From NCBI GenBank assembly GCA_965637545.1, contig OZ281500.1, positions 12,586,001 through 12,650,000 on the forward strand: a stretch of DNA of 64,000 bases. The letters run 5' to 3'. Made by a program: the position numbers and the translations under genes. Below the pieces are notes generated by a model, which worked only from the letters and a program-made list of their open reading frames with translations, searched no databases and had not been told where the DNA came from. The first letter of the stretch is position 1. Every line of letters starts with the position of its first letter. Source of the DNA: Phallusia mammillata. Taxonomy: Eukaryota. Below, in pieces: positions 57,976-64,000 of the stretch.

Positions 57976-60267
57976 TTGACGTCAAGCATGGAAAACTTCA
58001 CAATGGAAACTGACAAAGGCGCCATTCCTGCGCCTGAGTCACATGACTCACTCTCCACTGTCGAAATCACTGACAAAGACAAAATTTCCAGTTATACATA
58101 CGCTTGGCAACAAGCTTGTTTGCGAGTTGAAGAATTAATGCTAAAAACCGAAAATGTCACCCTCGTAAGGGAGTTTGTTCTAGTGATTGAAAGAACCTTC
58201 AGCGATCTTGTCGCCGCGTATGCCCCCTTTGAGGAAGGTAACGAAGCCATGTCTCAAGCACGACGGGCATGCCAACAGGATAAACGTGAACTGGATTCCC
58301 GTGTACAGGAATGGTTCGTAAACGTCGAGAAATCCATGGGTCGCCACGAAACTCGATCGAGTTACATGTCCAGCTCCCATTTCGGTTCGGCAAGTACTCG
58401 CACGTCTGGTTCGACGGAAAGTTGCCGAAAAGCTGCCAGGGTACGGATGCGCGTAGCTCGCTTGTCGCGACAGCAACTCGATGAAGATGTCGCCTTAGAA
58501 ACCCAACAAGCTGACATGCAAGCCGCTTTCGCTAAGCAGCAAGCCGCTTTCGAAAAGCAGCAGGCCGCCATCGATGCCAAACGAAGAATAAAAAATAGGG
58601 ACAATGAAGTCGCGTTGGCCGAAGCCGAGTTCCTTGCTTGGGACGAAGAGTTGGAGAACGAAGGTAGACCGGTCGTGCACCAACCACAGATTAATGACTT
58701 GTCGCCACCGGTTGCATCACTTGGCAATTGTTCCAGGGAGCCCGTATATTCTCCACCACGTTCATCCGCTGGGGCCCAGACTCCGACAAATCCCGTAAAA
58801 ATGTCACGCCCGCAAATTTCGAAAATGGATATAAAGCCTATACTTGCTCCTGCTGTTGTTCCACCTGTCGAAGGGTCGCGTACCGATTCCGACTCCTATC
58901 CTCTATACATGTACAAACCGCGTGCTTCTTCCCCGCCTCGATGTGCTCCCAACACCGATTTCGTTCAACAACAAATAGTCCTGCCTCAGCCGGCCATCAA
59001 GAAGTTCGACGGCGACCCGTTGAACTACTGGTCGTTTGTTCGAGCCATTGAGTCGCATGTTCATCGCAGAACAAAATCCGAAGAATCGCGACTAGTTTGC
59101 TTGCTTCAATACTGTGAAGATTCTGTTGCTGACAAGCTCGAAATCTACAGCAAGGATGCAGTCTCTGGTTACTCAAAGGCGCGTTCCCGACTGTATTATG
59201 ATTACGGTCAACCACATATTGTTGCCAATGCTTGCGAACGCCGGTTAAAGCTTTTTCCGCCCGTTAGACAAGGTCGACCAAAGGAACTTAAGGATTTTTC
59301 TGACTTGCTTGAAAAATGCCGTAGTTCTCTGGAAGACAGCCAAGAGTTCGCAAGTTTAAACTCACTAGATACGTTGAAGCAACTCATCCGGAAACTTCCA
59401 TTTCAGCATCGAGAGAGATGGGTGGAACACTCTTTCCAGGTGCTTGAGGAAACCGGGAGACAAGCTGGATACCTTGCGTTTACAAGTTTCGTTGTGCGGT
59501 GCGCCCGTGTTGTCAATTCACTGTTTGGGTCCGAAGCGGTCTACGAAGTCGTGCGCGAAAAAACGCCAATCGAGCCAAAACGGAGTTCAAGAGCCGCTAC
59601 GTACAACGTCTCATCATCGAAGTTTAACAGGGCACGTTCTGACACACCGCCTGTTCCCGCTCCGTGTTGTGTCTGTTGTAAACTGTCACATGATTTGTCA
59701 ACGTGCCCGGACTTCGACAAAATGACCTTACAAAAACGTCGCGAGGTTGTAACCTCTAATGGCCTTTGTTTTAAATGTCTTTGTTCAGGGCATCGTTGCG
59801 GAAATTGTCCCTGTCGAGAATCGTGCTCCGTTGAGGGTTGCATTAGCACCTTTCATCATACGAAGCTGCATGGTGCATTTCAAAGGAAACAGGTCGTCGG
59901 AAATGATGAGAACCCTGTCATGGAAACGACTACCCAAACGGTTTCTAGTATGAAGGCGTCCACCAGTAACTGCGGAGTCTACCTCAACGTCGTGCCGGTG
60001 AAAGTCAGACATAACGGTATCGAGGTAAATACGTATGCCTTCCTGGATCAAGGCTCTACTTCGACATTTTGCGAACAACGACTAATTGACAAACTCGGCC
60101 TACAGTGTAAGGGTCGAAAAATATGCTTAAGCACGCTTACCGATCAATCTCGAGTGTATCAAGGTTCCACGATCTCTTTCACTGTTACTCCGCTTGGTGG
60201 AGGAAAGCCTCTGGTCCTTAACGAAGTCCTGTCTATTGATAAAATTCCTGTATCGCCCGCGACTTGA
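57976..60267 (+). CDS. BEL3 gag-protease ORF (763 aa), truncated by deletion of RT
   Basis: FDGDPLNYWSF, three CCHC-type knuckles, AFLDQGSTSTF; ends at the deletion junction near 60255. Confidence 0.9.
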   Translation: MTSSMENFTMETDKGAIPAPESHDSLSTVEITDKDKISSYTYAWQQACLRVEELMLKTENVTLVREFVLVIERTFSDLVAAYAPFEEGNEAMSQARRACQQDKRELDSRVQEWFVNVEKSMGRHETRSSYMSSSHFGSASTRTSGSTESCRKAARVRMRVARLSRQQLDEDVALETQQADMQAAFAKQQAAFEKQQAAIDAKRRIKNRDNEVALAEAEFLAWDEELENEGRPVVHQPQINDLSPPVASLGNCSREPVYSPPRSSAGAQTPTNPVKMSRPQISKMDIKPILAPAVVPPVEGSRTDSDSYPLYMYKPRASSPPRCAPNTDFVQQQIVLPQPAIKKFDGDPLNYWSFVRAIESHVHRRTKSEESRLVCLLQYCEDSVADKLEIYSKDAVSGYSKARSRLYYDYGQPHIVANACERRLKLFPPVRQGRPKELKDFSDLLEKCRSSLEDSQEFASLNSLDTLKQLIRKLPFQHRERWVEHSFQVLEETGRQAGYLAFTSFVVRCARVVNSLFGSEAVYEVVREKTPIEPKRSSRAATYNVSSSKFNRARSDTPPVPAPCCVCCKLSHDLSTCPDFDKMTLQKRREVVTSNGLCFKCLCSGHRCGNCPCRESCSVEGCISTFHHTKLHGAFQRKQVVGNDENPVMETTTQTVSSMKASTSNCGVYLNVVPVKVRHNGIEVNTYAFLDQGSTSTFCEQRLIDKLGLQCKGRKICLSTLTDQSRVYQGSTISFTVTPLGGGKPLVLNEVLSIDKIPVSPAT

Positions 60268-62095
60268 ATTGACCGCCGCTGTGCTTGCTGCAAAACTTGA
60301 TCGCTTGATGAGAAAGGAACTGGACTTGCCAATTACCCGTTCAACCTTCTGGAGTGATTCCACTGCTGTTTTACATAGCATCCGTAATGCTACGAAACGT
60401 TTTCCTGTGTTTATAGCCAACCGTTTGGCCGAGATAGAGAGGTTGACTGACGTTTCTCGCTGGAGGTACGTTCCAACTAAAGAAAACCCTGCAGACGATG
60501 CTTCCAGAGGATTACCTGCCACATCTTTCGTCGGGTCACGTCGCTGGTTAAAAGGGCCGTCGTTCCTTTTGGAGTCGGAAGAAAATTGGCCTGTGCAATC
60601 AGTGCCAACCCCTGAAGTTCCCGCAGAATTTAAGCCTCTTATCGAAAGGACTGCTGGGTCTTTTGCAGTCGATGTTTCAAGATCGACTTTTTCTGTTGAT
60701 CGCATTGTCGAGCATTACTCAAATCTGCATCGGCTAAAGAAAGCAGTGGCTTGGTTGATCAGATTTAAGACTTATCTGAGTCCTGGGATAAGACAGTCAA
60801 TCAAACGCACTGCTCTTGATGTGTGTGAACTTGAAAATGCTGAATTGGAACTTGTCAAGTATGTGCAACGGAAACACTTCGGCTCACTGCTATCGTCTTT
60901 GACTCAACGAGGCTGTCCGAAAAGGTCCGATTGCAGTTCCGCAGTGTACAAGCTAAACCCTATCCTCAAAGATCAACTCATCCTGGTTTAGCGCACACTT
61001 GGACATCTATTAGAAAAAAATACTGGATTGCAAAGGGGGGCGTTGCTGTTCGTCGCGTTCTCGGAAGATGTTTGCCCTGTCGTCGTCGCAGTGCTAGACC
61101 AGGACAGCAAATGATGGCTGATCTACCACCGGCCCGTCTTGGTGTTGCTGAACCTCCGTTTTCAAATGTCGGAATTGATTATTTTGGACCATTTGGTGAA
61201 ACAAGGGCGCAGTGAAATTAAACGGTACGACTGCATATTCACTTGTCTTACAATCCGTGCTGTACACTTGGAAGTCGCCCACAGTTTGTCTACCGATTCG
61301 TTTATTGCTGCTCTTCGTCGTTTCATCGGGCGCCGTGGAGCACCCGTTCACGTCTACAGCGATAACGGTACAAACTTTGTTGGCGCAGAGCGCATCCTGC
61401 GAGAGTCACTACGAGACTGGAACCAGTGTCAAATTACTGAATTTCTCCACCAGAAAGGAACGTCATGGATTTTCAATCCCCCTGCTGCGAGCCACATGGA
61501 TGGTGCATGGGAACGGATGATACGGTCTGTTCGCCGAATCCTGTCTTCAATTACGTCCTCCCAAGTGATGACCGACGAAGCTTTGGAGACATTGCTTGTG
61601 GAAGCTGAGGCTATAATCAATTCTAGACCCCTGATACCTGTTAGGTTTGATCACAGGGATGAAGAACCGCTGGACCCGAATCATCTGTTGCTGATGAGAG
61701 GTTCCCCGAATATGCCACCGACAATTACCGATGCGAAGGACTGCTACACAAGACGTCGTTGGCGGCAAGTACAGTTTCTAGCCGACCAGTTCTGGCGCCG
61801 ATTTGTGCAGGAGTACTTGCCCGCCGTTGCTACTCGTTCCAAATGGCACGAGAGCCAGCCGAACTTTGAGAAGGACGACATCGTTCTACTGGTTGACGAT
61901 TCAAAATGCCGTTCAAGGTGGTTGGTTGGACGCGTTGTCCGAACTTATCCCGACGAATCTCAAAAGGTACGCACTGTGCTCGTACGGACGAGCGGTGGTG
62001 TGCTCCAACGGCCGATCGCCAAGCTTTGCCGCATCGTTGATTCTGACGAGAGCTTAACACCGACCTCGCCGAGCATTCGCAGCTCGGACTGCTAG
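60255..62095 (+). pseudogene. BEL3 RNase H C-terminus and integrase, frameshifted
   Basis: RLELTAAV..FWSDS..NPADDASRG; truncated zinc-finger region (HPGLAHT..CLPC); GIDYFGP then a frameshift; SDNGTNFVG, WERMIRSV, EAEAIINSRPL, DUF5641-like C-terminus. Confidence 0.9.
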
Positions 62096-62228
62096 ATGGA
62101 AGCCAAATTGAGTTTTCATAACAATAACTGTCCGACAAGAAATCATCGCCTCATTGCGATGCACGCGCGATTGGCGATGTTGTGTTTGAAAAAAATGTGT
62201 CACGTTGCTCCCACATTTTGGGTGGGAG

Positions 62229-63105
62229 TGTTACATCGCCTTGTACATATGTTTATGTTTTCTGTGTTTCCCGCCAGTAGCCTTGATTCGTGTGTATGAC
62301 GCAGTGTTGTGCAACCTGATACATTGTCTGGCACACTATCGGTGATTGTGATGTCACAACTTTGACATTGTTTATTGGTAACACGTCTTGTAAGCAAGAC
62401 CGCCTCGTGTTTATTAGTGACTGGAACTTACAGCGTCTGCATGCGTTTTTTAACTGGTCATTTATGTTTGTTTTTTGTGTAACAAACAGGAAAATTATGC
62501 TGTTTAGAAACTGAATCGTCCAATGTGTGACTTGTATATTTAGTGATCGGTAAGCATATGTTTAAACCTTGTTGTGACCTTTTGGATTTGAATTTATATG
62601 AAACCTGTATTCAGACGTGAATTCCGCCGTCGTCCAACCCCGTGTTATTCTGAACCGAACTGTGTTATTCCGGTAAGATTATTGTTGCTTAAGTTTGCCG
62701 TCAGTCACTAGTGTGATTAAGTGATGTTTATATGTGATGTTATTAGATGCTGTGTTTACAGACCTTCTACTGATCGCTTGCATTTAAACGACTCCAGTCC
62801 TTTAATAGTTTGGTAAGCGTAAATGTCATTGAAATTCTCCTTCTGTTGCCTTGTCTTAATTTGAACATTTTTTGTAGAAACCGCCTTTTGACCCCTTGTA
62901 CTCGCCGTGCTGCCATACTCTCGAGCGCCATCTTTCGGCTATATTGTAAAATAAAAGAGTTCGTTATATAGCTGCTGGCGTCTTGGAGTTTGAGCGCAAG
63001 GAAAGGCGCGTTAAAGACAATTTTAGGAACACAAGCGATCGCCCCTGTTGTGCTGTCTGGAGGCGCATGGAGTCACGCCTTCCGATAATTAAAGACAGCG
63101 CAACA
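62229..63105 (+). repeat. 3' LTR of BEL3
   Basis: Apparently identical to 57056-57932. Confidence 0.97.
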
Positions 63106-63342
63106 GTAGATAACCATGATGTACCTTTCGAAAACAACAACAGCAAGGTGGTGCGCACGCAATTTTTCATCCAGACTGCAAGACTGCTTGCAATTTGCCA
63201 AACTAACAACATAGGGGCAGAGACGCATAGTGCAGACTGCACACAGCAGACTGGACACTTGCAGAATGCTTTATTGCCCAAGCGCTTAAATTTTTGTCCA
63301 TTGCTAGGATCACACGCATAAAATAATTTAGTTGGGCTACAG

Positions 63343-64000
63343 AATAATAATCGATATTTAAAATGCAATAAACAAATAATTGAAAAAATAATTACTACAT
63401 TTTGTATCAAATCTAGAAGACTTGTAAGTATTAAATATGATTTTGTTCCCAAAATATGTCTGTTTCCATTTTAGCTATCTAATAATCTTCACTTAATTTT
63501 ACAAAATAGCATATTTGCAAGAAAATGGAGTGTATCTATAATCCCACTGATGACAATGGATATGTTTTGATATCAAATCTAGACTACAGCAGCATTGTTG
63601 CAGGAGGTTTGTATTAAAAATTTAGTGTGTTATTTCACATTCTATTGGACTATTCAAAAATCATCAAATACTGTTGAGATTATTGTGATCACTATTGTTT
63701 CTAAATCTTTATTTGTTGCAGCATATGTCAATCCAGCTGTATGGTTTAAATACCTACACATAACAAGAAATTGGATATTCGAGGAAAAGCACCAGCTCAG
63801 AAGTGAAACAGAAAACTTGAGAACAAGAAATTTCAAAGTTGAATTTGGTCCTGCGGTTAGAAATCTTTTTCAGCTTTCTGATGATCACTATAAAGATTAC
63901 CTTGGGCTTATGAATCACTCCTTTAGATATGATTGTGTTGTTAAAAATGACAACGGGGAAAGTGCAGATTTTGATTTTGTGATCACAGAATTAAAAACTG
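63343..64000 (+). CDS. Putative unknown spliced gene, running off the right edge
   Basis: Three phase-compatible open exons: 63343-63423, 63510-63606 and 63722->64000 (92+ codons with no stop in AT-rich DNA). No recognised domain. Confidence 0.45.

Larger units (their letters stand above)
57056..63105 (+). mobile_element. BEL/Pao LTR retrotransposon, family 3, internally deleted
   Basis: 877-bp LTRs with no difference seen by eye; TSD GTAGA (57051-57055, 63106-63110); G-rich PPT-like GGGTGGGAG before 62229. Confidence 0.97.

Noticed and set aside
63110-63260. GPCR TM3-like LAVVVFERY on the minus strand
   Set aside because: No hydrophobic helix upstream in frame and no further TM segments; likely chance.

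Overview
Animal genomic DNA: AT-rich, with short spliceosomal introns. A tunicate-like invertebrate deuterostome is my inference, not a proven assignment. Host genes: a 23-exon SH3-WW-PH-RhoGAP gene of the ARHGAP12/27/15/9 family (+, 25291-44882); a convergent Sin3 corepressor gene (-, 46376-56074); an intronless O-fucosyltransferase-like ORF nested in a RhoGAP intron; a 2-exon orphan mucin-like type I membrane protein; and a probable unknown gene running off the right edge. Mobile DNA: three different defective BEL/Pao LTR retrotransposons, at least 14 hAT-type elements/MITEs with 8-bp TSDs (often nested), a fold-back element and a putative Helentron-type minisatellite element. The main new signal is in the LTRs. 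All three unrelated BEL LTRs contain 2-3 canonical-looking mini-introns, and none has a tRNA-type PBS. In each family, removing the last LTR intron creates a junction complementary to the leader just after the 5' LTR, with compensatory differences between families. This suggests a splicing-coupled priming or packaging switch. All coordinates and alignments were done by eye; no searches were run.
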